A stretch of 64,000 nt of DNA from a bacterium (GCA_021794205.1 JAJYRH010000010.1:5566-69565); one strand, 5' to 3'; shown: positions 9,499 to 19,499, counted from the stretch's first letter. Translations and numbers: made by a program. Notes: a model not told the origin generated them from the letters alone.

Positions 9499-10545
9499 AT
9501 GGCCTCCCAAGACGATCGACAGATAGCCCTCGCCAATGCGCTCGCCCAAATCGAGCGGCAGTTCGGCAAAGGGTCGATCATGAAGATGGGCGAGATCCAC
9601 GAACGAATGGCGTACGACGTCGTTCCGAGTGGCAGCATCGCGCTCGATCTCGCGCTCGGCGTCGGCGGTTTTCCGCGCGGACGCGTCGTGGAGATCTACG
9701 GTCCGGAATCGAGCGGTAAGACGACGCTCGCGCTCCACGCAATCGCTGAGGCGCAGAAGACCGGCGGAACGGCAGCCTTCGTCGACGTCGAGCACGCGCT
9801 CGATCCCAACTATGCCGCCGCGCTCGGTGTCGATCTCGACAACTTGCTGGTCTCGCAACCCGATACCGGCGAGCAGGCGCTGGAGATCGCCGAGATGCTC
9901 GTCCGCAGCAACGCGGTCGACGTCGTCGTCGTCGACTCGGTCGCGGCGCTGGTCACTAAGGCCGAACTCGAGGGCGATATGGGCGATGCGCACGTCGGGC
10001 TGCAGGCGCGCTTGATGTCGCAGGCGTTGCGGAAGTTGACCTCGGCGATCTCGCGCAGCAAGTGCATCATGATCTTCATCAACCAGTTGCGCGAGAAGGT
10101 CGGCGTGATGTTCGGCAATCCCGAGACGACCTCGGGTGGCCGCGCGCTGAAATTCTACGCATCGATTCGCCTCGACGTACGCAAACTCGAGCAGATCAAG
10201 ATCGGTCAGGAAGTCGTCGGCTCGCGCACTCGCGTAAAAGTGGTGAAGAACAAGGTCGCGCCGCCCTTCCGACAGGCGGAGTTCGATATTACCTACGGTC
10301 ACGGAATATCGAAGATGGGCTCGATCCTCGATATCGCGCTCGAGCGGAATATCGTCGGGAAGAGCGGCTCGTGGTACACCTACGGCGAGCAGCGAGTCGG
10401 GCAAGGGCGCGAGAACGCGAAGAGCTTTCTCGAAGAGCATCCCGAGATAGCGGGAGAGATCGAAGGGCGCATTCGCGAGGAACTCGCCGCGCTAACCTCC
10501 CGGAATGGCTCCACGCCCGAAGCGGTCGAAGCGCCGATCGAGTAA
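9499..10545 (+). CDS. recA: Recombinase RecA
   Basis: [25 protein letters not shown] (Walker A), VVVDSVAAL and [16 protein letters not shown]. The start is set at ATG 9499, in frame with track ORF 9421..10545. Confidence 0.95.
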   Translation: MASQDDRQIALANALAQIERQFGKGSIMKMGEIHERMAYDVVPSGSIALDLALGVGGFPRGRVVEIYGPESSGKTTLALHAIAEAQKTGGTAAFVDVEHALDPNYAAALGVDLDNLLVSQPDTGEQALEIAEMLVRSNAVDVVVVDSVAALVTKAELEGDMGDAHVGLQARLMSQALRKLTSAISRSKCIMIFINQLREKVGVMFGNPETTSGGRALKFYASIRLDVRKLEQIKIGQEVVGSRTRVKVVKNKVAPPFRQAEFDITYGHGISKMGSILDIALERNIVGKSGSWYTYGEQRVGQGRENAKSFLEEHPEIAGEIEGRIREELAALTSRNGSTPEAVEAPIE

Positions 10546-11013
10546 ATGCAGGCCTATGCGGCGGCGCTCGGGCTTTTAGCGCGGCGCCGCCTTACCGAGG
10601 CACAGTTACGGACGCGCTTGGAGCGTCGCGGCTACGACGACGATGCCATCGGCACGGCGGTCGCGCGTTGCAAAGCTGAGCGCTATCTTGACGATGCGCT
10701 CTTCGCCGCGCTCTACGTCGAGCGCGCGCGCGACGCGAAAGGGGATCGGCGGCTCGTCGGCGAGCTCGTTCGGCGAGGACTCGATGCGGAGTGCGCGCAG
10801 CGCGCGGTCGCCGACGCACCGCACGGCGAACGCGACCGCTGCCTCCAAGCGCTCGCAAAACTCCGCCGCGCGCAGCCGCACGCAAGTTATCCGAGCCTCG
10901 CGCGCTCGCTCGAACGGCGCGGTTTCCCGGCCTCGCTCATCTACGCCATCCTTCGCGAGACGGCGATCCACGATGGTGCGCTCGAAGGCATCGAGGCCAT
11001 CATTCGCTTCTGA
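10546..11013 (+). CDS. recX: Recombination regulator RecX
   Basis: 155 aa immediately after recA. It shows the RecX-like three-repeat helical pattern (LLARRRLTEAQLRTRLERRGYDDDAI ... RYLDDALFA). Confidence 0.85.
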   Translation: MQAYAAALGLLARRRLTEAQLRTRLERRGYDDDAIGTAVARCKAERYLDDALFAALYVERARDAKGDRRLVGELVRRGLDAECAQRAVADAPHGERDRCLQALAKLRRAQPHASYPSLARSLERRGFPASLIYAILRETAIHDGALEGIEAIIRF

Positions 11014-11019
11014 GAATTC

Positions 11020-11600
11020 TCGCCCGCGCCGCTCGCGACTCGCTGCGGCGAGCATTCTCGCTGGTTGGCACGGTTGCGTCGTCTGCGTCGCGAGCAATGC
11101 GCGATGACGCGCGCGAGCCGTTTGGCCTGGTGCGCGCAGCGAGCGGTTATCTGAAGGCTTTAGCGAGCTGCGCGTGCCGGGCCGCACGGCGAGCGCGGGC
11201 ATCGCCCGCGCCTTTCCCGACTCGCCGCCGCGCGATTTGCAGTTCGTCGCGACCGTTGTGCTCGCGTCACGGGCAACGCGGGGCGTGCTCGCTAAAACCT
11301 TGAGTCAATCGCTCGCCCGCCCCGCATCGCCCGCGCCGCTCGTGACTCGTTGCGGCCAGCATGTTCGCCAGTTAGCGTGGCTGTGCCGCCTGCGTCACGA
11401 CCTATGCGCCGTTGGCGTCGGCGCGATGTGCGTGTGGCCCGGTACGCGCAGCGAGCGATTAACTGAAGGCTTTAGCGAGCTGTGCGTACCGGGCCACACG
11501 CACGGTGCGAGTGAGCATTTAACGATGAACTCAAAGCTTTAGCGAGCTGCGCGTGCCGGGCCACACGGCGAGCGCGGGCATTGCCGGCGTCGCTTGCGAC
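11020..11600. repeat. Degenerate tandem intergenic repeats (unit ~180-190 bp, plus fragments)
   Basis: Copy A (~11020-11201) and copy B (~11327-11516) align end to end (TCGCCCGCGCCGCTCG[C/T]GACTCG[C/T]TGCGGC ... GAAGGCTTTAGCGAGCTG[C/T]GCGT[G/A]CCGGGCC). A more diverged unit lies at 11202-11326. A third copy of the GCTTTAGCGAGCTGCGCGTGCCGGGCCACACGGCGAGCGCGGGCAT module lies at ~11537-11580. Confidence 0.6.
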
Positions 11601-11684
11601 TCTCCGCGGCGCGCTATATTCGGCCCGACGATAGGTGGCGAAAATGTCGCGAGAACGGCGTGTTGGGGAATCGCTGGCGATGTG

Positions 11685-12374
11685 ATGAAGCGTACGGTGG
11701 TCGTTGCTGAAGATGATGAGGCGATTCGCGAATTAATCATCCATCATTTGGCGTGCGAAGGCTTCGATGGCGTTGGGGCACCGGATGGTTTGAGCGCGAT
11801 CCGCAAGGTGCGCGAAGGTTGCGACCTGATCGTGCTCGATCTCGGGCTACCGGGAATCGACGGCTTCGAAGTCGCGCGGCGCGCGAGAGAGATCCGGGCG
11901 GGGTTGCCGATCTTGATTCTCAGTGCGCGAAGCGGCGAGATCGATCGACTCTTAGGCTTCGAACTGGGGATCGACGATTTCGTTGCGAAGCCGTTTTCGC
12001 CGCGCGAACTGGTCGCGCGGGTGCGAGCGATCTTGCGCCGGCATGGGCTCGATGCCGAACTTCCCGTCGATCGCGTGTTGCGTTTCGGCGACCTGGAGAT
12101 CGACGTCGCCGCGCGCGAAGTGCGAATGTACGGGCTCGACCTCGCGTGCAAGCCGCGTGAATTCGCGCTACTGTTGGAGCTCGCGCGCAATCCGGGAGTC
12201 GCAATCGCGCGCGAGCGCTTGATCGATCGCGTCTGGGGTGCCGCGTTCGTCGGCGACGAGCGGACCGTCGACGTTCACGTGAGCCGTTTGCGCGCGCGCC
12301 TCGAAGGGCACGCTCCGTTGCGTTCGACGCTGCGCAGCGTTCACGGCTTCGGCTATAAGTTCGTTCCGCCGTAA
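11685..12374 (+). CDS. OmpR-family response regulator
   Basis: Receiver domain (VVVAEDDEAIRELI ... LIVLDLGLPGIDG) plus a winged-helix output domain (LEIDVAAREV ... KPREFALLLELARNPG ... TVDVHVSRLRARL). The start is chosen at ATG 11685, within track ORF 11553..12374. Confidence 0.85.
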   Translation: MKRTVVVAEDDEAIRELIIHHLACEGFDGVGAPDGLSAIRKVREGCDLIVLDLGLPGIDGFEVARRAREIRAGLPILILSARSGEIDRLLGFELGIDDFVAKPFSPRELVARVRAILRRHGLDAELPVDRVLRFGDLEIDVAAREVRMYGLDLACKPREFALLLELARNPGVAIARERLIDRVWGAAFVGDERTVDVHVSRLRARLEGHAPLRSTLRSVHGFGYKFVPP

Positions 12375-12375
12375 C

Positions 12376-13512
12376 GTGGATCGCTGCGAACGGAATCCAG
12401 CGGCGCTTGCGGGGGGCGCCCCCATCGGCAGTCGCGTCCGCCCGTTGTTGCTCTGGCGCATCCCCGAGATCGGTGCGCGCGCACTGCGCGATGGGCGGCG
12501 CCGGTCGCGTTCCCTCGAACGGCGAGCCGAATCGCTCTTTCTCGACGCCGCGCGAACCTTGCTGCGAGGAAGCGATCGCCTCGCGCATCGCTGCGACAGC
12601 GATCTCTTCGTCGCCTATCTCGACGTTCGCGGACGCTCGGGAGCGTCGCAACGGGTCGCGCTTCCGGTCGATTTGCGCGGCGCGCTCGAACGTATTGCGG
12701 CGCGCTTGCACGCGCGGCTCGACCAGGCCGTGCTCGTGGGATGGACCTACGTCGCGCCCGCAGATCTCGCGTGCGATCCCGATGCGGCACTGAACGAGGC
12801 GCTCCAGCGCGGGGAGCGCGAACGCGAGCGGGTCGCGTTTCTCGCGGCGGTCGGCCACGAATTGCGCACTCCGCTCAGTTCGATTCGCGGGTATATCGAA
12901 ACCTTACTCGATGCGCCGCACGACGCGCCGACCGCGCGTCGCTTTCTCGAGATCGCGCAATCGGAGACGCTGCGAATGGCACGGTTGGTCGACGGAGTCC
13001 TTGAGTTCTCGTTGCTCGATTGCAGCGCGCTCCATCTCGCCGATGCACGTTGCGACCTCGCCGCGGTTCTCCGCCGCGCGATGGGATCGTTAGCTCCGGC
13101 CCTCGCCCGTGCGGGTACGCGCGTCGAGCTTCGCGGAGCGCGTCGACTACATATTGCCCTCGATGAAGATGCCGCCATGCACGTCGTTCTCAACGTCTTG
13201 CAGAACGCGCTCGTCCACGGCGCGCGAGCGGGTGAGATCGTCGTCTCGTTGGCGCGCGCTCGTCCGTTCGCGCGCTTGCGCGTCGACGACGACGGAGCGG
13301 GTATTCCCCCTGGAGAGCGAGCGCGCGTTTTTCAGCGAGGAGCCCGTATCGGAGCGGGCGATGGCCGCGGCCTCGGGCTCGGCTTGGCGATCGTCGAAAG
13401 CATCGTGGCGCGCGCCGGCGGCGAGGTGCGCGTCGGCGATGCGCCTCTCGGCGGTGCTCGCTTTGAAATCCTTCTGCCGCTCCAAGCGGAGAAAGGTGGA
13501 GCGGAGTCGTAG
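12376..13512 (+). CDS. Soluble sensor histidine kinase (no predicted transmembrane segment)
   Basis: H-box FLAAVGHELRTPLSSIRGYIETL and an HATPase_c domain (VLQNALVHG ... DDDGAGIPPGERARVFQRG ... GLGLGLAIVESIV). The N-terminal ~150 aa are hydrophilic. Confidence 0.8.
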   Translation: MDRCERNPAALAGGAPIGSRVRPLLLWRIPEIGARALRDGRRRSRSLERRAESLFLDAARTLLRGSDRLAHRCDSDLFVAYLDVRGRSGASQRVALPVDLRGALERIAARLHARLDQAVLVGWTYVAPADLACDPDAALNEALQRGERERERVAFLAAVGHELRTPLSSIRGYIETLLDAPHDAPTARRFLEIAQSETLRMARLVDGVLEFSLLDCSALHLADARCDLAAVLRRAMGSLAPALARAGTRVELRGARRLHIALDEDAAMHVVLNVLQNALVHGARAGEIVVSLARARPFARLRVDDDGAGIPPGERARVFQRGARIGAGDGRGLGLGLAIVESIVARAGGEVRVGDAPLGGARFEILLPLQAEKGGAES

Positions 13513-13522
13513 CAGCCCGCTC

Positions 13523-13939
13523 ATGACCAGCGTACCAACCGACCTCCGGCGCAGCGAGCGAACGCTCGCACTTGCGCTCGACGTCGACCGGCGGTACGGC
13601 GGGAGCGCACCGATCGCGATCTCGGAGATCGGCTCGGGGCTCTTTTTTCTCTCCGATTTCGTTCGTAACGTGAATGTTCCGTGCGAAATCGACTTTCTCT
13701 CGATCGGCGGCGATGCCTCGGCACGTCGCTTCGTCACCGATCTCTCTCGTCCCATCGACGGCCGTGACGTGCTGATCGTCTGCGACCGAATCGAGGATAT
13801 CCAACGAATGAACTTCTTGTTGGGGGCGCTGCGCGAACGCGCTCCGCGCTCGCTCGCCTTGGTCTCGTACGAACCGCTCGCCGACGAAGATCGTGCCGCG
13901 CTTGGATCGATTGCGATCCTCGGCGAGAGCGCATCGTGA
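13523..13939 (+). CDS. Short, degenerate hypoxanthine-phosphoribosyltransferase-like protein (138 aa)
   Basis: IAISEIGSGLFFLSDFVRNVNVPCEIDFLSIG and GRDVLIVCDRIEDIQRMNFL align with the HPRT core, but the PRPP loop (VEDIxDTG) is degenerate and the C-terminal purine-binding part is missing. ATG 13523 is in frame with track ORF 13109..13939. Confidence 0.55.
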   Translation: MTSVPTDLRRSERTLALALDVDRRYGGSAPIAISEIGSGLFFLSDFVRNVNVPCEIDFLSIGGDASARRFVTDLSRPIDGRDVLIVCDRIEDIQRMNFLLGALRERAPRSLALVSYEPLADEDRAALGSIAILGESAS

Positions 13940-15249
13940 TGCGGCGCGCTATCGCGGCATTCTTTGCAATGCTGATGGCGGCAGCGATGCTTTCAACGAG
14001 CGGCAGCGCGCTGCAGCTTCCCTCCATCGAAGCGGCGGCGACCGATTTTCGTAGCCCGAACGCGCACTTACAGGAGATGTTTCGCGCCGCTCTGCTCGAT
14101 ACGACGACGCTCGCCGAGTACGCCCCCGACGGAACGGCCTACGTCAAGACCGGAGATATCCCCGCCGAATGGCTGCGCGACGCGAGCGCGCAATTGCGGC
14201 CGTATCTGTTCTTCGCCAAACAGGATCCCAGCGTTCGGAAACTTTTGCGCGCGATCTTAGCGCGCATGGCGAAGTACATTCAAATCGATCCCTACGCGAA
14301 TGCGTTCACGCTCGATTATCGCGTCTGGGAACAAAAATTCGAGCTCGATTCGCTCGCCTATCCGGTGACGCTCGCATGGAGCTATTGGAAAACCACGGGA
14401 GATACGTCGATCTTTACTCCCGATATGGAGCGAGCGCTCGAAGATATCCTCAATACGATGGAGCGCGAACAGGACCATCCGCGCGATTCACATTACACCG
14501 AACCCGAACTCGCCGACGGCGGGAAGGGGCGCCCGGTCGCATATACCGGAATGATTTGGACGGGATTCCGCCCCTCCGACGATGCCTGTTATTACAACTA
14601 TCTCATTCCTTCGGAGATGTTCGCGGTGGTCGCTCTCGGCGATATCGCCGACATCGAACGAAACGTCTACCGCAACGTCATCCTCGCGCGCTCGGCCGAC
14701 GCGCTGCGCGACGAGGTGCAACGCGGCATTCAAACCTACGGGCTCGTCTTCGTTCCGAAATACGGCTACATCTACGCCTACGAAGTCGACGGCCTCGGGC
14801 ATGCGATTCTCACCGACGACGCAAACATACCGAGCCTGCTCTCGGCTCCCTACATCGGCTATACCTCGAAATCCAACGTCTACTACCAAAACACGCGGCG
14901 CTTTCTGCTCTCCGACGATAACCCATCGTTCTATTCGGGTCGCTACGCCTCGGGTATCGGGAGTTTCCACACGCCCGATCATTGGATATGGCCGCTCGCA
15001 CTGATCGTGCAAGGGCTCACGGCGCGATCGCAAATCGAAAAGCAGGACGTTCTCAACGAATTGCTCGCGAGCGATCCGGGCGACCATCTCTTGCACGAAT
15101 CGTTCGATCCGAACGATCCCAAGCATTTTACGCGGCCCAATTTCGGGTGGCCCAATGCCCTGTTTTCAGAATTCGTAATGACGTCGTTCGAAGGGAAACC
15201 GGAGATCCCGATGGGGAGCGGCGCAGACCTGGAGTTTCGTAGCCAATGA
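13936..15249 (+). CDS. Secreted glycoside hydrolase family 125 (DUF1237, exo-alpha-1,6-mannosidase-like)
   Basis: N-terminal signal-like segment (AIAAFFAMLMAAAMLS). GDIPAEWLRDASAQLRPYL and later PDHWIWPLALI resemble GH125 conserved blocks. Confidence 0.7.
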   Translation: MMRRAIAAFFAMLMAAAMLSTSGSALQLPSIEAAATDFRSPNAHLQEMFRAALLDTTTLAEYAPDGTAYVKTGDIPAEWLRDASAQLRPYLFFAKQDPSVRKLLRAILARMAKYIQIDPYANAFTLDYRVWEQKFELDSLAYPVTLAWSYWKTTGDTSIFTPDMERALEDILNTMEREQDHPRDSHYTEPELADGGKGRPVAYTGMIWTGFRPSDDACYYNYLIPSEMFAVVALGDIADIERNVYRNVILARSADALRDEVQRGIQTYGLVFVPKYGYIYAYEVDGLGHAILTDDANIPSLLSAPYIGYTSKSNVYYQNTRRFLLSDDNPSFYSGRYASGIGSFHTPDHWIWPLALIVQGLTARSQIEKQDVLNELLASDPGDHLLHESFDPNDPKHFTRPNFGWPNALFSEFVMTSFEGKPEIPMGSGADLEFRSQ

Positions 15250-16508
15250 GCGGACGCATCGATGCCGTACTCGGCATGCAATGGGGCGATGAAGGGAAAG
15301 GGCGCATCGTCGATTGGTACGCGCGCGGCTACGATGTCGTCGCACGTTTCGGCGGCGGCGATAATGCCGGCCATCGCATCGAAGTCGGCGAGACGAAGCT
15401 CGCCTTGCGCCTCGTGCCCTCCGCCGCACTCCATCCGACCGTCGAGCTCTTCGTCGGCTCCGGCTGCGTCGTCAATCTCGAAGGCGCGCTCGACGAACTC
15501 GCGCGTCTCGCCGAAGTCGGCGTCGACATTTCACGCGTTCGTTTCTCCGACCGCGCGCATATCGTTCTGCCCGATCACGGCGTTCTCGACCGAGCCGCGG
15601 AGAGCGCGCGTGGGGAGCAACGCATCGGCACGACGGGGCGAGGCATCGGGCCGGCGTACGCCGATCGCGTCTCTCGCATCGGCATCACGCTGGGCGAGAC
15701 CCTCGATGAGAGCCTCTTTCGCAGCCGGCTCCGTGCGATTCGCTCCGCTCACGAGCGCGCGGTGCCGGAGCCCTCGGTTTTTCCCGATTTCCGGGAAATG
15801 GAAGATCGCTTGCTCGCTGCCGCGGCGCGCTTGCGCGCGGCGATCGTCGATGGAGTCGCCTACGTGCACGACCGGCTCGCCGCCGGCAAGCGCATACTCG
15901 CCGAAGGTGCCCAGGGAACGTTGCTCGATCTCTCGTTTGGCAGTTATCCGTTCGTGACGTCTTCGCAATGCACCGCGGGGGGAATCTGCACGGGTCTCGG
16001 CGTCGGGCCGAGTGCGATCGGACGCATCATCGGTATCCTCAAGGCTTACACCACCCGGGTCGGCGAGGGGCCGTTCCCCTCCGAACTTCACGACGCCGCG
16101 GGCGAGCATCTTCGTGCGGCCGGGCGAGAATTCGGCACAGTGACCGGGCGCCCGCGTCGATGCGGATGGTTCGATGCCGTCGCCGCCCGGTACGCCGCCG
16201 CCCTCAACGGGGCACATGCGATCGCACTCACCAAACTCGATGTACTCTCCGGCCTCGACCGCGTCGGCATCGTTACCGGGTATCGACGCGGCGGGAGCCC
16301 CGCCACGCTCGCCGAGGCCGGTTCCCCCGATTTTGCCGTCGAGATCGAGTACCTCGATGGCTGGAACGAGGAGATCGGCTCGGCGCGGAGGCTCGGCGAT
16401 CTTCCCGATGCGACTCGGCGCTATATCTCCCGTCTCGAAACGCTCGTCGGCGTGCCGATCGAGCTCTTTTCCGTCGGTCCGGAGCGCGAATCGTTAATCA
16501 GAGCTTGA
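15246..16508 (+). CDS. purA: Adenylosuccinate synthase
   Basis: GMQWGDEGKGRIVD, GGGDNAGH, TTGRGIGPAY and GTVTGRPRRCGW are canonical PurA motifs. Confidence 0.95.
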   Translation: MSGRIDAVLGMQWGDEGKGRIVDWYARGYDVVARFGGGDNAGHRIEVGETKLALRLVPSAALHPTVELFVGSGCVVNLEGALDELARLAEVGVDISRVRFSDRAHIVLPDHGVLDRAAESARGEQRIGTTGRGIGPAYADRVSRIGITLGETLDESLFRSRLRAIRSAHERAVPEPSVFPDFREMEDRLLAAAARLRAAIVDGVAYVHDRLAAGKRILAEGAQGTLLDLSFGSYPFVTSSQCTAGGICTGLGVGPSAIGRIIGILKAYTTRVGEGPFPSELHDAAGEHLRAAGREFGTVTGRPRRCGWFDAVAARYAAALNGAHAIALTKLDVLSGLDRVGIVTGYRRGGSPATLAEAGSPDFAVEIEYLDGWNEEIGSARRLGDLPDATRRYISRLETLVGVPIELFSVGPERESLIRA

Positions 16509-16533
16509 CGAATCCTTGATGGATTCGGATAAG
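16505..16533 (+). promoter_or_regulatory. Possible sigma-70-type promoter for the fliF block (TTGACG-17-GATAAG)
   Basis: Hexamer match by eye in the 190 bp purA-fliF gap. It overlaps a GAATCC-ttgat-GGATTC hairpin (16511-16527). Confidence 0.2.
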
Positions 16534-16701
16534 CCTTAAAATTGACGGAGGACGACGAAGGGCCTGTGGAGAGTGCGGATAATAATCCCACCTAATGACA
16601 TGGACGCGGGCCTCGGAACGCGCGCATGGACGCTCCAACAGGGATGTGGAGCGAGCACAGCCAGGGTCGGCTGCCTGACCGTAGAGTAAAGAGGACACGT
16701 C

Positions 16702-18369
16702 GTGGAGCAACTGCGGGCGATACTTGCGACCCTGCAAGCGCGAATCCTGAATTTCTGGGCAGGACAGAATAGACAGGGCCGAGCGCTCGTTACCGGCGGG
16801 GCGATTGCCGTACTACTCGCTCTCGTTGCCTTTGGCGCGCTTGTTTTCGGTCGCGGTCCTTCGTACTCAACGCTGTTCTCCAATCTTTCGTCGAGCGATG
16901 CCAACGCGGTACTCGGGCACCTCAAGGCCGACAAAGTCCCCTACCACATCTCGCTCGATGGGAAGACGATCTCGGTTCCCTCCGCCGATGTTAGCGCGGA
17001 GCGCATAGCCATCGCCGGCTCGGGCTTGATCAAAGGCGCGGGCGTCGGATACGAAATTTTCGACCGTACCAACTTCGGTATGACGCAGTTCCAGGAGCGG
17101 ATCGACAAAACGCGAGCGATCGAAGGCGAACTCGAACGCACGATCGACGGGCTCACGCCGGTTGAAGCATCGCGCGTCAGCATCGTCACTCCCGACCACA
17201 CGCTCTACAGCGATTCGCAAGAGCCGACCACCGCCTCGGTCGCCATCAAGTTGCGTCCGGGCCAAGGGCTCGATGGTTCGCAGGTCGAGGGCATTACGAT
17301 GCTCGTCGCGCGCTCCGTTGAAGGCTTGAAGCCGGTCAACGTTACGATCGTCAACCAGGACGGACAGATTCTTTTGCCGACGCAGGTCGCCGCGAACAAC
17401 GCCTCGGCGCAAGATAACGCGCTGCAGCTGACCCAAGAGCAGTTGATCGCCAAAGAACGCTACGAATCGAGCCTCCAACAGAGCATCCAATCGATGCTCG
17501 ACAGCACCTTGGGCAAGGGGCGCGCCGTCGCGCGCGTCTCGACGAAGATGTCGTTCGACGTCAACTCCTCCGACGGAAAAGTCTACGCTCCGCAAGGGAC
17601 CGTACTCTCGCAGCAAAGCTCGCGCGAGTCCTACAACGGCACGCAACCGGCGCAGCGCGCTGCGGTCGGGGTGCCCGGCACGACCAGCAATATCGGAACC
17701 TATCAAGCGCTGCAGAACGCTACCACGAACGGGCGCTACAATAAATCGAAGACGACGACGAATTACGATATCTCGGTTCAAAACGTCAAACATATCGACG
17801 CGCCCGGAAAAGTTTTACAGACCAGCGTCGCCGTTCTCGTGAACTCGACTCCACAAACGTCGACCTCCGGGACCGGTCCCGCTGTCGCCGCGGCGCCCTA
17901 TGTATTGACGCCGGCGAACGTCACGCAGATTCGAAACGTCGTTATCGCTGCCGCCGGCCTCGATCTCGCGGCGGGCGATCAAGTCAGCGTCGAAGCGATA
18001 CCGTTTAATCCGGCGCTCGCCCAGCGCACCGTCGCCACCGGCGTAACCACGGTCTTAGGGATTCCGCTCTGGGTACTGCTCGCCATCGGCGGGCTCGGGC
18101 TCCTCGGAATCGTCGGCTTCCTGGCGACGCGGGCGCGCGAATCGAAGTTCGTTCCCAGCACCGATCTGCCGTCCTTCGACTCCAGCCTTACCGACGAGTT
18201 GCCGCCGTTCGAAGAGCATCCGCTGCTGGAAGGTGCTCCGGGTTTAAGTGCCCCCATGCGTTCCACCGCCGATATGACGAGAGAGCAAATGATCGAATAC
18301 GTTACCACCGTCGCACAAGAGAGCCCCGACAGCATCGGGAAGCTCGTCAAGCTCTGGCTCGCCGAGTAG
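16702..18369 (+). CDS. fliF: Flagellar M-ring protein FliF
   Basis: 555 aa with an N-terminal TM segment. YSTLFSNLSSSDANAVLGHLKADKVPY ... ISVPSADVSAERIAIAGSGL and a C-terminal TM segment plus FliG-binding tail are typical of FliF/YscJ. Confidence 0.9.
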   Translation: MEQLRAILATLQARILNFWAGQNRQGRALVTGGAIAVLLALVAFGALVFGRGPSYSTLFSNLSSSDANAVLGHLKADKVPYHISLDGKTISVPSADVSAERIAIAGSGLIKGAGVGYEIFDRTNFGMTQFQERIDKTRAIEGELERTIDGLTPVEASRVSIVTPDHTLYSDSQEPTTASVAIKLRPGQGLDGSQVEGITMLVARSVEGLKPVNVTIVNQDGQILLPTQVAANNASAQDNALQLTQEQLIAKERYESSLQQSIQSMLDSTLGKGRAVARVSTKMSFDVNSSDGKVYAPQGTVLSQQSSRESYNGTQPAQRAAVGVPGTTSNIGTYQALQNATTNGRYNKSKTTTNYDISVQNVKHIDAPGKVLQTSVAVLVNSTPQTSTSGTGPAVAAAPYVLTPANVTQIRNVVIAAAGLDLAAGDQVSVEAIPFNPALAQRTVATGVTTVLGIPLWVLLAIGGLGLLGIVGFLATRARESKFVPSTDLPSFDSSLTDELPPFEEHPLLEGAPGLSAPMRSTADMTREQMIEYVTTVAQESPDSIGKLVKLWLAE

Positions 18370-18398
18370 CGGGCCGGTAGGAAAGAACGAGCATCGAC

Positions 18399-19478
18399 GT
18401 GGATTCACCGATCGTCAACCTTTCGAACGCGGGGTTGCCCGAAACTCCGGCGCCGCTGCCGTTCGGCGACAGCGAGTCGCTCGAGATATCCGGCCCGGAG
18501 AAGGCGGCGATCCTCCTGATCACGCTCGGGCTCGAACTCTCCGCGACGATCTTTAAGTTTTTGCGTCAGGACGAAGTCGAGCGGATCGTTTTAGAGATTG
18601 CAAAAATTCCGACGGTTTCATTGGAAAAGCGCGATGCCGTCATTCAAGAAGCGTACCAGCGCGCGATCGCCCTAAAATATATCAACGAGGGCGGCATCGA
18701 GTACGCCAAGGAGATCCTCGAGCGTTCCTTCGGGGCCGGGCAGGCCGACGATATGACGAGCCGCCTCTTCGCGGCGCTCAAACACGGCAATCCGCTCGAG
18801 CTCATTAAAAACACCGAGCCCGCCCAACTCCTGCAGTTCATTCAAGACGAGCACCCGCAAACGATTGCGTTGATCCTCGTCTATATGCAGCCCGAACAAG
18901 CCGGCGCGGTCATCTCGGCGCTAACGCCGGAGTTGCAAGCCGACGTGGCGATGCGAATCGCTATTCTGCAGAAAACCGCTCCGGAGGTGCTCGAACAGCT
19001 CGACGAGTTGCTCGGCCGTCGCTTGCTCATCAGTGGCGCGGATTTCTCAAAGGCCGGCGGCGTAGCGTCGTTGGCTTCGGTGATGAATTTCGTCGATCGC
19101 GAAACGGAGAAGAATATTCTCGACGGCCTGACCAAGCGCGATCCCGAACTCGCACAAGAAGTCAAAAACCTGCTCTTCGTTTTCGAAGACATCATCAACC
19201 TCGACGATCGTTCGATCCAGCGCATCCTCAAGGAAGTCGACGGGAAAGAACTCGCGCTCGCGCTCAAGGTCGCCAACGACGATCTCTTGGCACGCATCTA
19301 CAAAAACATGTCGACGCGCGCCGGCCAAATGCTCAAAGAAGAGATCGAGGTTCTCGGACCGACGCGTATGCGCGAGGTTGGGAAAGCGCAGCAACAGATC
19401 GTCGACGTCATTCGCACGCTCGAGGAGAATGGCCAAATCGTCATCGCTCGCGGTGCGAAAGACGAACGATTGGTTTAA
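18399..19478 (+). CDS. fliG: Flagellar motor switch protein FliG
   Basis: GPEKAAILLITLG, EHPQTIALILVYMQPEQAG, RSIQRILKEVD and MSTRAGQMLKEEIEVLGP match FliG N, M and C domains. Confidence 0.9.
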   Translation: MDSPIVNLSNAGLPETPAPLPFGDSESLEISGPEKAAILLITLGLELSATIFKFLRQDEVERIVLEIAKIPTVSLEKRDAVIQEAYQRAIALKYINEGGIEYAKEILERSFGAGQADDMTSRLFAALKHGNPLELIKNTEPAQLLQFIQDEHPQTIALILVYMQPEQAGAVISALTPELQADVAMRIAILQKTAPEVLEQLDELLGRRLLISGADFSKAGGVASLASVMNFVDRETEKNILDGLTKRDPELAQEVKNLLFVFEDIINLDDRSIQRILKEVDGKELALALKVANDDLLARIYKNMSTRAGQMLKEEIEVLGPTRMREVGKAQQQIVDVIRTLEENGQIVIARGAKDERLV

Positions 19479-19499
19479 CGGGCCCGGCAAAGGTACTCG

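Noticed and set aside
11057-11075. Sigma-54 promoter suggested by TTGGCACGGTTGCG
   Set aside because: The spacing between the GG and GC elements is far too short for the TGGCAC-N5-TTGC consensus. The motif also belongs to the repeat unit.
11014-11684. CRISPR array
   Set aside because: The repeats are long (~45-185 bp), degenerate and contiguous, without unique spacers of regular length. No cas genes are nearby.
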